A DNA stretch of 63,869 nucleotides, counting the filler, from Welwitschia mirabilis (taxonomy: Eukaryota): assembly GCA_051453625.1 (NCBI GenBank). It is 8 parts of one record of this genome, joined end to end, with 100 filler letters (N's around TTAATTAATTAA, not from the genome) between each part and the next. Parts side by side here need not be neighbours in the genome. Positions count along the whole stretch, not along the records: positions 1 to 24,743 come from JBOZIK010000001.1; positions 24,844 to 47,144 come from JBOZIK010000001.1; 6 more parts are not named here. One strand, written 5' to 3'. Shown here one piece after another: positions 15,401 through 29,092 of the stretch. The translations under genes and the position numbers were made by a program. Each line of letters starts with the position of its first letter. Position 1 is the first letter of the stretch. The notes beneath the pieces are model-generated. The model saw only the letters and a list, made by a program, of their open reading frames with translations, was not told the origin of the DNA and made no database searches.

Positions 15401-15603
15401 GGATGAAATGCAAGTAAGACGAGTTATATTTGTACTCTAATTCTCTTATCATAAGAACTATTTCTTTATAACTTAGATATACTTGTTCATAGCCAACATA
15501 AACTATAAGAATTAACAAATAAAATATGGATAATGTAATATGGAATTGGAATAAAATAACAATGAAAATTTAAACTAACAAAGTCATCCTTAACAAAGGT
15601 TAC
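6437..15603 (-). mobile_element. Athila-type element B (3' non-coding region, INT, RH, RT, PR, gag, distal part of 5' LTR)
   Basis: RT motif VVPKKGKKWRMCITFRKINEITKKDHFPLPFLDQVLD...YSGYNQV (11631-11822); integrase ~9033-10260; protease ~12470-12830; gag ~13300-14720; degenerate PBS ~15147-15162; LTR piece ~15160-15603. Confidence 0.9.
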
Positions 15604-18600
15604 TATTGCACTACCAATTTGTGTTTATTTGAGAAGGTTTTATGAGCTATTTTATAGGACATTTGCACAATTTTGGATGCAATTCTAAGAATTTTAAAAA
15701 ATTAATAAAAATTTTTATAAATGTGAAATTATTAGTAATATTTAAGACATTTAAGATACATTATGATACATAGAACTTTAGAGGAAGATTATTGAAAGAA
15801 ACGGTGACTTCTCCTCCTTCAGGTGGACAAAGAAAACTGTCATTGTCTCTATCATTCCATGATAGGTAGGATGATAGTATATGATTTTAGTTTTTATTTT
15901 TAGTTTTTCTTTTTATAATTTAGTTTTCTATAATAAAATCAGTCTCTATCATCTTCTTTATCATTTGGACAATCAGGAGGATGACAACTTGTGTTTTTCT
16001 ATTTTTTAGCTTTTTGCTTTATTAAATTTCTATTTTCTACTCTCTATGTTCATCGTTTCTTTTATCATTTCCATAATAGTGAGGATAAAAGTCCATTTTT
16101 TTAATATTATTTTTTATCATTTTTTATTTTCAAGATTCTATGATATGATCAATCTAGAAAAAAGACATCAAAGTGAAAGTATGTTGATAAAGAAAAACAT
16201 TAGAGAAGACTAATAGATTTCAAAAATTAATTAGAAAAGAAATCTTCAAGTGCATACAATCCTTCTTTTGAATTTATTTTTTCTAAATTATATCCCATAG
16301 AAGAAAATTTGGAAGAAAAAAGCTAGTTTAAAATGTTAAGCACTATCTAAAAACAAAAGCAAGTTGTAGCTTTTTCTACCATTAGTCCTATTGCAAACCT
16401 TACCTTGAGGGAATTATTAGCAAGTAAGAAATAAGAGATTCGAACCCCTTTTTATTTACTCCTCAGAAATGATGTTAAACTAAAGAACTTAAATGCTTAC
16501 CCAACCTTTAATGGAGAAGACAATGAGAATTCTCTTCAACATATCATAGATATAAAACAATTTATTCTTACCTCAGGAAATGGAAAGAAAAAAATTAGTA
16601 ATAGAATATATATGGTAATATTTCCCATGATGTTAAAAGGCAAACCTAAAAATTAGTCAAAAACTATATCCCAAAAAAGTTTAAAAACTTATGATCAAGT
16701 CCAGAAAACCCTTACTAAAATATTAATTAGTAGAAAAACCATTAGAAAAAGAAAAAAGGAAGTAACAAACTTTCAAAAAAAACAAAATGGAGATTATGCT
16801 TCCATATGAGAATTCGTTAACTACTTTTATAGTGGACTAAATTTCCACACAAAATAACTTCTAGACTTTTTTTATGATGGAAACCTTAGGAATCGCACGT
16901 TAAAAAACTCCTAGACAAAACTAGAAGAATCTATGAAGGTTAGTCAAACTATAGGCCAATTTATTAGATATTTAAATGAGGTTAAATAAGAAAGGTAGGT
17001 AGATTAAAAACCTATAAATCTAATAAAAGATTTTACAAATCCTCTAGAGAAATATACAGAAATGATTTTAGATGTCAAATCAATAACTAAAACAAATTTT
17101 ATGCCAACTTATAACTTATATAAGGACAATTATCACATTACCAAGGATTGTCCAATTTTACTAACATACGAAAATAAAATACATGGATAATTTTATGCTT
17201 TTAATCAAGAATTTTCAAACTTCAGAAATCAAAAATAGGTACAACATAGATTGAATAAACATTTTCAAAATAACTCTCAACCTTTAAAAAACCAATTTAA
17301 AAATTTAAACTTTTAACCAAGTTCATTAAACGTTCAACATCCCAATGATACATTCTAAAACTTTTTGAATGAAATTAGAAAATCACATGAAATAATAAAT
17401 GCCAAACTTGACAACTTAGTAAATGTCCTTTAACAAACAATATTGGCAAATCAAAGATCACAAGTCTAATTATCTATACAACCTTTATCAAGTTCTAATG
17501 AATAAGAAAATATTGTTAAAGTTGTAATAAGAAGTGTATAAGAAATAAATCCTCCTTCTTATGAAGCATTAAGCTCTCAAAATAACATTTAACATTATGA
17601 GGAAGAAGAGGAAGACATTAAAATATTAGAAGATTATAATTTCCCTTCTCTTCATAAAAATAAAAATAAAAATTATTCACAAAAGAAACTAGCTATTCCT
17701 TGGCTTTATAGGCTTAACAACTATTCAAATTTTAATGAACATCTTAAAGCCTTAATGAAAAATGTAAATATATACTTACCCTTTTGGAAACTTTTACAAC
17801 AAAATCTGGGGTACTCAAAATTATGGAAGGACTTGATGAGAATGAAATAGAAACAAATCATTCTTAGCAAATTCTTTCTAGCATAATCCCTCATGAATTT
17901 AGTGCTACAAGAATTTCCAAAATTTAAAGATCCAAGGGTAGTAATGCTAAATATTACATAAGATAAAAACAAAAAGGTTAAGAGAGCTTTAATCAACATT
18001 GAAGTAAGAGTTAGTATCATGCCACTTCACATTTGAAAAAGACTTGCTTTAGAGGATAGAATAAATTCTATTCAGATTCTCTTAGAATCAGCAAACACTT
18101 TAGTTAAGAAACCCTTAGGTTTGTCAAAGATTTAGTCATCTAAATTGAAAAGGCCTTTTACCTAATAGATACAATTTTCATAGAATTTAAACATAACAGA
18201 GGATACCAATTACTTCTAAGATGATTCTTCTGTGTAATAGGCCACTACATTATTGATATAAGGACTAAAATAATAAACTTTTACCTAGAAAATAAAACAT
18301 TTACAATTAGAGTTTTTAATGTAGCTGAGAAATGTCTAAGAGATGAAATTAAGTTAGAAGATAATATCAAATGAACCTTATTTCTTCAACATTATTTCTT
18401 TAAAGAGAGAAAGCCAACATTACATGAGCCTGCACTTTATAATGATCCACTTGAAATTAAAAATTTAGAAGTCATTGATGCATCCAAATTTGAGCATAAC
18501 TTTTTATATCTAAAAAAAAAAAACTTAAAACGAAACTCTTAGATGGAATGGAAGTTAAAATATTAGATAAAAACACACATCTTGAAGGTGATTATTCACT

Positions 18601-21600
18601 ACATGAGCTAGAAATTAAAAATCATAATTTGAATTTAAGTCCAAAAAATCTTTCTAGTGGATTAGAACATATTTTTCTTTATGATTATCAAAATAAAAAT
18701 CTTATAATAAATGAAACTCTTTTATAAAATCTAATATTAATCTCCCCTTTGACTTCCAAAATTCATGTTTTCATGAGGTCTTATAGAGTTTTATTTATTC
18801 CTTTTTTCCTCTAATTAATTTCACTTAAAAATAATTGTCTACCTTTTATGTTCTATTAATTACTGAACATTTGGTTTGGACCTTATTTCTCTGAAAGAAT
18901 ATGATATCTTTAAATCATTAAAATAGATAGTGTTGAATATATTTTAGGATTTGAATAAAATTTGTTGGTTTGGTATTTCTGTTTTTATCCTTATGATTTT
19001 GATCTTGATTTTGTTTTAGCTTTTTGTTTTAATTTTTTATATGTGTCATTCCTTTTGTTGTTTCCATTATAGTTAGGACAATAGTCTTTGTTTTTATTTT
19101 ATGCCTTTAGTTATCTACTAGATTTTAATTTTTTGTTTTTATTTTCTATCTTTATCATCCTCTATGTCATTTGAACAATGATAAGGATGACTATTATTAT
19201 TACAAGAAAATACATTCTAATGTCTCTATTGATATTTCTAGCTTAACCACTTAATAATTTTAAAAATTTAATGGATAAACATTGNNNNNNNNNNATCTAA
19301 ATTTTCTCTTAGATTTTTCTTTTGTAGGAGATTATGACATTTACTTGATCATCTTTCAAACATAACTTATGTATTTATTTTCATGACTAGTCTTTAATGT
19401 GAGCATTTTATAATGGTAAGATTGGATTCAATTAATATTAAAACATTAATACATCTATAAAATTTATTTTAAAGGAATATGCTTTATTTTTAATGTTTTT
19501 CTTAATGGTGAGGGGTTATTTTTTATTTTCAATTTATGACTTCACCTTTATCTTTTAAGAGTGTTTGGTTATGTGAAATGTTTTCATTATTGCATTTAAA
19601 GAAAAAAAGTGTAAAATAAGACCATTATGTTTTATATTCGAGAGAGCACAAAAACATGATCACTAAGATATCCAAATGCAAGTACACTAGGATAAATGTT
19701 TTCAAGAGAAGCCTTTGACAGTGTAATATGGTAGCTGTGGAAACTCCATTAGAAGGTTAGTTAGCAATGCTTGGTCAGTCCTTACTTTTCTGACTATGCT
19801 TGTACTCTCACAATAATGGATAATAAAATAATAAAAAATTAAAGGCTATAGGATCAATGATGTTCTTGGTGTCATAAGAGGCATTGCTAGTTTTCTAGAC
19901 TCTTAGTCTTTCTACATGATCATTTTGTTTTTTGAAATTTAGGTGCTTATTTTGAAATATTGGTAGGTGAGTTCATTTTTGAGAAACTCTTTGATTTTAT
20001 CATTTATTGTTTACAACATTTCATTTTTAGCAATATCATAACCACTACCTCATCAAATGAAATTTTTTACACATTAATTCATGCATTTTAAAAACAAGTG
20101 ATGTTATTATTACGTTTATGGGAATCTGCTAGGTTGAAATTTCAGATAGGTAGGCTATCTTCTTTATGTTGGCTTATGTCCATTCTTTTTAGTTTCTTTT
20201 GTTGTTCTATTAATTATTTCAAAATCATTTCCATCTTTCCTTATCATTTTCGGATCTTATCATTTAATATTTTTCTTACTCAATNNNNNNNNNNNNNNNN
20301 NNNNNNNNNNNNNNNNNNNNNNNNNNNNNNNNNNNNNNTTCTAGAGCTCTCAGCGCTACTTATTATTATTTTATGATGGAACATTTTTATTATTCACTTT
20401 TTCTTCACTTGTCTGAATATTTCATACATCTATATTTTTGAAATCTCACACTTCTTTACTTAGGTTTACACTTAATTTAAAAAGTTATTCAAATTTAAAT
20501 AAAATACCCATCATCTACCTTTTCACTCTCATTTACTTTCTTTACTTTATTATCAACATGGAATGTTTTATTTTTCTTGTGGGATGGGGGAGGTGAGTAG
20601 GATCCATTTTCATGACTCAGTTGTAGAAATTTTTGAGTTATTTTATACTTTTTTGAGACATAATTTTAAAATTTTTACTCCATACACATTATGCATTACA
20701 TGTTATTATACTATATGATGTGTTTTATAAGCCTATTTTAAAATTTTCAGATTTAAAACAAATTGACTTATAATTGTGGTTTTTTACCTAGTCCTTATCA
20801 AGGACTAATAAAAGCTAAGTGGGGATCTATATTATGCTTCCAATTTGTGGTTATTTGATAGGGTTTTATAAACTATTTTGTAGGACATTTGGAAAGTTTA
20901 GATGTAATTATAAGGATTTGGAGAATCAATAAAAGATCTTAGAAATGTGAAATTCTTAGCATTAGTCAAGGCATTTAAGGCATATTCTAATACATAAAGC
21001 TTTTAATGAAGATTACTGATAGAAATGCTAGCTCTTCCTCCTTCGGATGAACAAAGAGGACCATTGTACCCTCTATCATCGCTCGTGATAAGAAGGATGA
21101 TGATAACATTTGATTTGATATAGACTACTAAAACACTATTGGGTCATCATGCTAAGTTATCTTTTATAATGAGCTGCCATATCCTCTATTGTATGGATAA
21201 TAGTCAGGATGACATTGATAATGTAGTTAACTCTGCTAGTTAACCTTTGATCATTCCATCTATTTCTTATCTATAATCGAGCATATATTATAGCACCTTT
21301 TGTTTTTCATTTTCTAGTTTATAACCCTATAAATAAGTCCCACTTTAACTCTTCTCTCTATTTTCATTAAACTATAAATTCTCATAATAGTAGATTAAAG
21401 GATGAGAGATCCATCTCGAGAACTACAAAAAGATGTTCCCTTGGTGGAGGGTTGTGCATCCTCTATTAAGGCTTGACTATTTTGTAACACATATGCTTGG
21501 ATCTTTTAATATAAATTTTTTTTCATTACTGTATTTATATTTGTTAGATTCCTCTTATGATTTATGTTGTCCTTAATCTAGTGATAATTTCATTAGCAAT

Positions 21601-21803
21601 ATAAATCTTAAGGGTAGCCTTTATTAAGNNNNNNNNNNNNNNNNNNNNNNNNNNNNNNNNNNNNNTTTAGATTATGTTGAATTTGCATTTGAATTGCACT
21701 TTACTTTTGTATTGTTCTTTACATCTAGATACTTTTATTCTTTTGGAAAATTAATTCTTATTTGCCTCTCATAATACTTTAATAAGATATGGTATTTAGG
21801 TTT
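15604..21803 (+). mobile_element. Athila-type element C, internally deleted (partial 5' LTR, gag-PR, integrase tail, 3' region, PPT, 3' LTR from 20830)
   Basis: LTR start TATTGCACTACCAATT at 15604; gag homologous to other copies ~16140-17900; protease ~17920-18300; PPT AAAGCTAAGTGGGGATCTA at 20811-20829; 3' LTR resumes at 30269-30378. Confidence 0.85.
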
Positions 21804-22968
21804 CATTGGAATCCCAAATTGTTATGTTTTAATAGTTTAATTGGTGATGTTTTATAGGGAATAGGAACTCAATTTAGTCATTTTTAGGTATTTTATTATA
21901 AACTAATCTAACAATCTAATTTTAACCTTAAATGCCATATTTTCATCCAGAAAAATAAGAATTCAACCAAAAAACAAAGTGGAGTAAAAAGTGAAGGAAA
22001 AAACCAACAAAATGACTATCATCCTTGATGTCGTCTCCATAACATAGGGCACAACTACAAGGTTAAAGGCATTCAAAGCACGTGATGTGTTGACATAACA
22101 GTTATGGCATATGTTGTCTCCATGACACATGGGATGACATATCTATTAATTTTTTAGTTCTAATTCTAAAGAGTTTTTGACATGGTGGGCTCTGATTCGA
22201 TGATGAAGGGGTGTCGTGTCACATGTTATTCCCATAATGATAGTAACATGATAGTGCCATAACATCATCTTAACTGAGTCAATTAAGGTCTAATTTATGC
22301 CTAATAATGTCTCTTCACCTGTACTGACCTTCTTGACTTGTAACCATCTTAGGAAAGCTATAAAAATCCCCATTTAGCATCATTTAATCATCTTTTTGGC
22401 ATTAAAGGCTTGGTGACAAAGGCATCTAAGGAGTCAAGGATTCATTTCAGCATAAGAGAGATCATTCTTGATGATTAGGCTATGCTTCTAACATTGAGAA
22501 GTCACTACCTTATTGAGGTATTATAAGACATTCAATTCATTTAATAAAATGTCTTTTTTCTTCAATTCCTATGGTTTCTCTTATAATTTATGTTGAAGCT
22601 TGATTAATACTATTTCTTAGATTAATTATAAATTAGACAAAAGTCATAAGGGCTGAGTTGGATGACAATAACTCATAAATTTGGTTATCATAAGCTTACA
22701 TCTTATCTCTCTTTAATTTTTTCATTACATATTAGAATGGTTGCATTGTCAATTTCCCTTTTGCATTATAAGAAAACATAAAATTGATCAAAAACATTGG
22801 ATTGAAATTAAAAGTGTATTATTTCTTCTTTATTTGCTTGATTAGATTATTGTCCTGTGCTCTCTAGATTATGACATTCATTGGTTAAATCACCCTATAC
22901 TAAGCCTAGTTTAAATTTTATTATTTCAAACATTGATAACTTTTAAAGTGCAATTTAAGCAACCAACA
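21804..22968 (+). repeat. 5' LTR of element D (distinct LTR subfamily)
   Basis: Aligns end to end with 29093-30268; ends ...ACCAACA followed by a degenerate tRNA-Asp PBS (TGATGACATTGTTGGGGA, 22972-22989). Confidence 0.88.
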
Positions 22969-24743
22969 TCTTGATGACATTGTTGGGGAGTCTTAGAACA
23001 AGCTATCAAGTGCATTTATATCAAAAGTAAGTGGATTGAATTTGTTCTATTCTTACCTCTATTTACTTTTGGTTTTTATCAAATACCTATTAGTACAATC
23101 TACTTACTTTAAGGAGGTTACCTAAAGAGATCTACTTGCCTTTTGATCAAAGGTAAGATTATCTTTAAGGTCCACTCCTATCCAAGAAAGATTATTCACC
23201 TTTAGAGAGTAACACATTGTTTCCACTAGTTTTCATGTTATGAACTCTTTTTATTATAAATTGTCTCTTCTTTTCCTGTTTTATTTTCTTTTTATGCATA
23301 ATTTCACCTTTATAGGTTTACCTTCTCACACTTTATGTGATTTGAAAGGATTACCACATATCAAGAAGCCTTCTAGTGTTTTTTTCTTGAATCCTAAGTA
23401 AATATTCCAAGAAGAAACATTACTCTTAGTCATTGGATCTACTCCTTGCACTTTAATGTGATCTTAGAGATTACCTACAATGATTTAGAGTTAAAAGGTT
23501 GGATTTTTCAAGTTAAGTAAGGGAATGCCATTAAAATCTAAAGAGAAAAGGGTACGTTTTCAACATAAAAAGCAATTTTTAAAAGAGGTAATTCAAGAAG
23601 GTGTTTAAATTTATAATTCAAGGACTAGAGATGAGTAAATTTTTATTTCTGGATTTGATAAATCAAATTTACTAGAATATTGTAATTTACATTCTAAAAA
23701 TTTTTCATTCTCTATTGATTCATGTTCTAAAATTTTTAAGTCCCCTTTCAGAACAAAAACCACCTCTTCTGTTATAAGTTCTTCTAGGCTTAATTTAAAT
23801 TCTTCTACAAATAAAGTTTCAACTTCACATTCTTTGAATAGTAAACATGTAAATCAGAATCCTATGACTCCATAATGTCTACAATTTCTAGTGATTCTCA
23901 ACCAATTCTCAAGGATAAATATAGACTAAAACTTAGAAAAACTCCTAACCCTTGTGATATTCCTATTGGGGATGACATGGAAATTAAAAATATTAATGCC
24001 TATGCCTCTTTCTGTGGAGAAACTCATGAAGATTTTTATGAACATATTGCTACCGTTGAACAACTAATGCTCATGTGTAATGAAAAGAAATCTATAACTG
24101 ATAGAAATTACATGATAGTATTCTTTTATACATTGAATGAAAAAGCAAAGAACTAGCTTAAAACCTTACCCCACAAAAGTTTCAAAACTTGGAAAGATAC
24201 CAAAAAAAGCTTTATCAAACAATTTCTTAGTGAAAACACTTTGAGACAAAGACATCATGAGGTAATAAATTTTCAATAGAAAGGCAATGAGGATTATGCT
24301 TCATCTTGGGAAATATTCCTAATTTTAGTTTCAGATAAGCCCATAAATAAATTTCAATAAGAAGAGTTAATTTACCATTTCTACAATGGCCTCACTACTA
24401 CAATAAAGCAAATAGTAGATCTTTCTTATGAAGGGAGTTTATTTCAACACACAACCAATGAAGCATGGCAACATCTATAAGACTAAGTTGAACTTAGCCA
24501 AGCATGGACTAAGCCTAGAGAAAAGAAAACTCTCGAGTAATCTTTGAGAGAAATCCATCATATTAAACATTAAGAGGACAAACAAAAACAACTCATGTAT
24601 GAAGATGAAGATAGTAGTGACATTGATAGCCCACTTGTAAGGAGAATGGTGAAAGTAATCTAAGAGGTAAAATTAGCAAATTCCCATACCACATCAACTC
24701 CTACTTGTGAATTATGTGAAGAAAACCACTTAGTCATTAAATT
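22969..24743 (+). mobile_element. Element D 5' UTR and degenerate gag
   Basis: ORF 23875-24156 (FCGETHEDFYEHIATVEQL...) is homologous to the other gag copies; interrupted by stops and a gap. Confidence 0.85.
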
Positions 24744-24843
24744 NNNNNNNNNNNNNNNNNNNNNNNNNNNNNNNNNNNNNNNNNNNNTTAATTAATTAAN
24801 NNNNNNNNNNNNNNNNNNNNNNNNNNNNNNNNNNNNNNNNNNN
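24744..24843. other. Assembly spacer N44-TTAATTAATTAA-N44 (12-mer also starts at 47189, 50058, 53365, 56008, 60374, 62667)
   Basis: Identical six-frame-stop 12-mer centred in 100-nt N gaps, seven times. Confidence 0.97.
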
Positions 24844-27800
24844 AAAGAGTTTTAATTAGAAGAAGACCAACATCTATGTTACAAAGTAGTAGCACCTTAA
24901 TGAAGGATACACAACCCAACACTAAGGAAGACATCTCTCTGCAACTTCAATCTCATATTACAAGAATTTCTCATATAAACAAAGATGAAACAGAGTCACA
25001 AAGGAGGTATTTATTACAACACAGACTCTAAAATCAAATAGGTATATGAATAATCCTAACAACCATGTAAGAAAGTGCGATATAAATCTCCAGAATTTGG
25101 TGAAATTTGGTGAAGCATTCACCTTAGGTATTATCCTAATAGTTATCTAGATGTCACAAGAGATGATTCCATCTCATAAGAGGTCCACATGAGATACCAA
25201 ATTATTTTATTTAATATCCTCTTTAACTTAAGTATCTTTGTCATTTGTATTGTTGTCTAGATGATTAGGTGGATGATAGGATTTTCTAAAGTATTTCATG
25301 TGTCACATTATCCTCTTTATTTGTAGGATTGTTGCTTTAGATAGGAAATATTGTAATTTTCTTAAAATGCTGTAAAATGTAACGAAGATTACATGTTTTT
25401 ATGTTATTTATCTTAGCTCTCTATTATTGTTGAAATTCAGTATAAACTTATTTAATTTTTTGCAAAACTACTCAAAATACCCAATCAATTACATATAATT
25501 TGTTAGCACAACATAGGTCCCCACTTAGCCTTATTGGTCCCTAACAAGAACAACTACAATTGTGAGTTAAATTATCTAATAATAACTCAAATAAGAAATT
25601 ATGAATAAACTTAGAAATATTTTTAAGAATTTTAGAATGTAAGATTAAAAAGTCAGAAATAGATAACTAAACATTTCACTTTTGTAATAAAACTAGTCAT
25701 ACTATCATCCTGGTGGTCATTCGGATGATATGTCAGCTGATAGACTGAAAAAATATCCTTGAAAAATAGAATCCTGTGATAAAAGTTTTTATAAAAATAA
25801 TCATTAAATATATTGATAATCAATAGCTCTCCACTGAAATGTATAATAGATAAAGAAAATAATTGTAGATAATATAAATAATCCTCATCATGAAGTGTAA
25901 TAAAAAGTATGTAATAAGAAAAATATGCATAAAATCCAACAATAAAAATGTACATCATGATGATACTCAAAATACAATGTGTGTGTATATATATATATAT
26001 ATATGGAGGATAAGATACAAAAATACAATAAGAAGTCACTCCCCTCGTCGAGTCATGATGAACTCCCAGTATGTGATAGGCTCAAGTGAAAAAGGAGAAG
26101 AAGGAGGATGCTTAGGATTAGTAAGGAAATGATGGTCCAATGATGTTGTAATAATCCATTATGTCTCATCTACCTACATGTGTGCTCTCTCTGGGAGATT
26201 TATCATTACACTATGATTCATCCATAGGATGTGCTATTGCACATCTACAAGCTACTTCTCAGTGTGTTGGACTATTCTCTTAACTGTCTAAATCCTCTTC
26301 TCAACTATCTGGATCCTCTACTCTAATGTTCAGATGCCTTAGTAAATAAAAACTCAGATGGACTCAGTGATCTCTGCTAAGAGGGTCTAAATCTACTCAA
26401 TGTGATGCACCAATTATAAGTCTCTAAACTTGAGGTCTCTTTACTTCTCCTAGTACCTGTATGCTTATAACCTCTAGGTAATGAGCTAAAATCTGTATGT
26501 GCATGATTTGCTACTTGCCTACAGGCTCTGGTATGTTAAACAGCTTAAACATAATTGAGAGGAGGCATGAATACCCCAAAGTCTAAGGCTGTCATGCCTC
26601 TATGGATCTAAGTCTCCTTCATATAAATGTGGGTAAGTTCATTTGCTCATCCTGCCTAAACATTGCCAAAATCTGTAAATGAGCCACTATTACATAACTA
26701 TTATGAAAAGACAAACTAATGTTATGAATCAATACTTTATGCAAAATCCAATAGGCTAGAGTCAATTAATTCACTAAAATACACTGTCTATTTAAGGATA
26801 AATCGGTTGGTATGTCTAATACTACACCATAAGTAGGATGATCCTCTGTCCCACCAGCTGAGTGTATATGAAAACTTCCAATACCACAAAGATCTATCAC
26901 CACTATAATATGGTTTAGAAGGATTGCTATTTTACGGCCTCAAATTGTGGCTATGATCATGTCTACTAGCTGTCCATGGGTATTAAGGCAATGCTATATA
27001 TGCATAGTGTCATTGAATTCCCTGGTCTCTAATATATAGTATGCCTCTTATGCATCTAAGATCTACTAGAGCTATAAATCTATGAGCCTATGATCTACCT
27101 CTAGCTCTAATCTACTCATGAAATCCTCAAAATGTCTCTCATCATGAATAGTAACCTTTTAAATAGTAAGAGATCTAGCATGTCAAGGTGTGAGATGCAC
27201 TGGCTCTACACGCTCTACTTTTAATGTTAGTAATTGTCTTACCTCTTACTTAACAACTTTGGCCTCAACCTATCTAGCTCTACATGTATACGAGCTACTT
27301 AATCATAAATTTGTAATAAGTTACATGAGATATAATGGATATAGATAAAATACATCATGTGGATTCTTGAAATGACTCTACACATTGGTTAAAGTTATGT
27401 AAACATTATGAAAATATATCTTGCCCTACTTTTCCTAAAAAGTTTTAATACATACTATATTACCTAGTCATCTGAAGAAAAATTTGAAATGCATGAAACA
27501 TTTAAAAATTATATTTTAGATAGGCCCCACATAAGATGAAAATGAAAGTGCTCAAATGAAAAATCTAATCTACTAGAAATGTAGAACACATTATACTGAT
27601 CAATTTACCTTAAAGAATCACTACACTTTGATTTATAGTTTATGAGAAAATGAGTTTTAAAATTAAAGACCTGATTTTATCTCATAAAGCATACAATTAA
27701 TTATAACTTTCAAAATACATGGTGAAAATTAGATTCGTAAGTTCCTAATCAAAGATCTTAAAAAACTAAACAACATACATGAAAACTACATATCGAAAGG

Positions 27801-29092
27801 CTAAGAAATGGGAAGAAAAAATTGAAAAAAAATGAGGAACAGAAAAACATACCTCATGTTTAAAAAGTTTGTAAAAATCTGGAAATATGGTAAGTGAATT
27901 TAGTGGGGACATGTTCCAGCATGTTAGTAAAGACTAAGGATACTGTCATGTCTTGAGAGAATGAGTGGAAATGATAAAGAATGGAAAAAAAAGGGAAAAA
28001 AAGGACACCACCATTTTATTACACTATTATCCAGTCACATCGTCTAGATGATAGCCCTAGGATGATTATCAAAAAAATCTCAATGTCATCCCCTTTGTTA
28101 TCTAAACGGCAAGATGGACAATAGGACTTTAAAAAAGTTCTAAAAAAGAAAACTATTAGCCAAGAAAGTTAGGTTTAGATATTAGCATAAAGATAACTAA
28201 ATGTATCAGAAGATTTCAAAAAAGAGGGAATAATGAAGAGTTGTGATAAATCAAGATGATGATAAGAACTCAAAATAAATGAAAAATAAGGAGATGAGAA
28301 TGTACTAAGTAGGTTGAAACTTGATAAATAAGACTAAACAAATGTGCTTAGACTAAAAAATAAATTAAAAAAATATAGAACTCTAAAAGACATATAGGAA
28401 TCTCATAAAAACTATGAATCATAAAATACTATTTATTTAATTAAAATGCTAAAATAAAATCAACATGATATTGAAAGAATACCATGAATAAGAACAAAGA
28501 AACTACTAAATGACAAGGTCATATGTAAGGATGAGAAAGTATAGAAATAACTTTGGAATAATAAACTAAAGAACTAAAGAAAAGCAGAATGAAAATGGAA
28601 ACGAGGAACATGAAGAAGATAGCTTATCTATTCTAAATTCTAACCTAGAAAACCATCTTGAAAAATATCATAAAGCCATCTAAGTAAGAATGCATGATAA
28701 AATGTATTAAATTCATAAAGTTTTACTTAAAAAGGTAGTGATTATGATGATCCCAAAAAATTAAGTGCTTAGAATGATGGATGATAAGATTAAAAGCTAC
28801 TCAGAAATGAACTCACTTGATCACACCTCAAAACACATTTAAATCCTTAAAAGTGAAATGATCATATGAAAATACTAAGAGCCTAGGAAATAAGCAATGC
28901 CTCTGATGATACTAAGAATAATACTAATTCCATATCCTTAAAGTTTATTACAACTTTTCATAATAAAGGGAGTACTACCATAGTAAGAGAAGTAAGGACC
29001 TACAAAGCATGGCTAACTGACTCCCTAGTAGAGTTCTCACAGATGATAACACTACAAAAGATTCCTTTCAAAAACATTTACCCTAGTATAAT
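24844..29092 (-). mobile_element. Athila-type element E, 3' half (3' LTR part 24844-25513, PPT, env-like ORF, 3' non-coding region)
   Basis: LTR start TGTTGTGCTAACAAATT at 25513 preceded by PPT GCTAAGTGGGGACCTA (25514-25529); conserved 3' block at ~28850-29092. Confidence 0.85.
26030..27300 (-). pseudogene. Degenerate Athila env-like / extra ORF
   Basis: GC-richer coding-like stretch between the post-pol region and the PPT; translates with stops as ...ERHFEDFMSRLELEVDHRLIDL...YYILETREFNDT...ATI*GRK, resembling the Y..L.REFY.N...VRG motifs of Athila extra ORFs. Confidence 0.65.

Noticed and set aside
24788-24799. Recurrent TTAATTAATTAA palindrome (7 copies)
   Set aside because: Always centred in 100-nt N gaps; an artificial scaffold spacer.
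28895-28930. CTGATGA suggesting a hammerhead ribozyme in the conserved block
   Set aside because: No properly placed stem II and GAAA core, and the motif is not retained in all copies.
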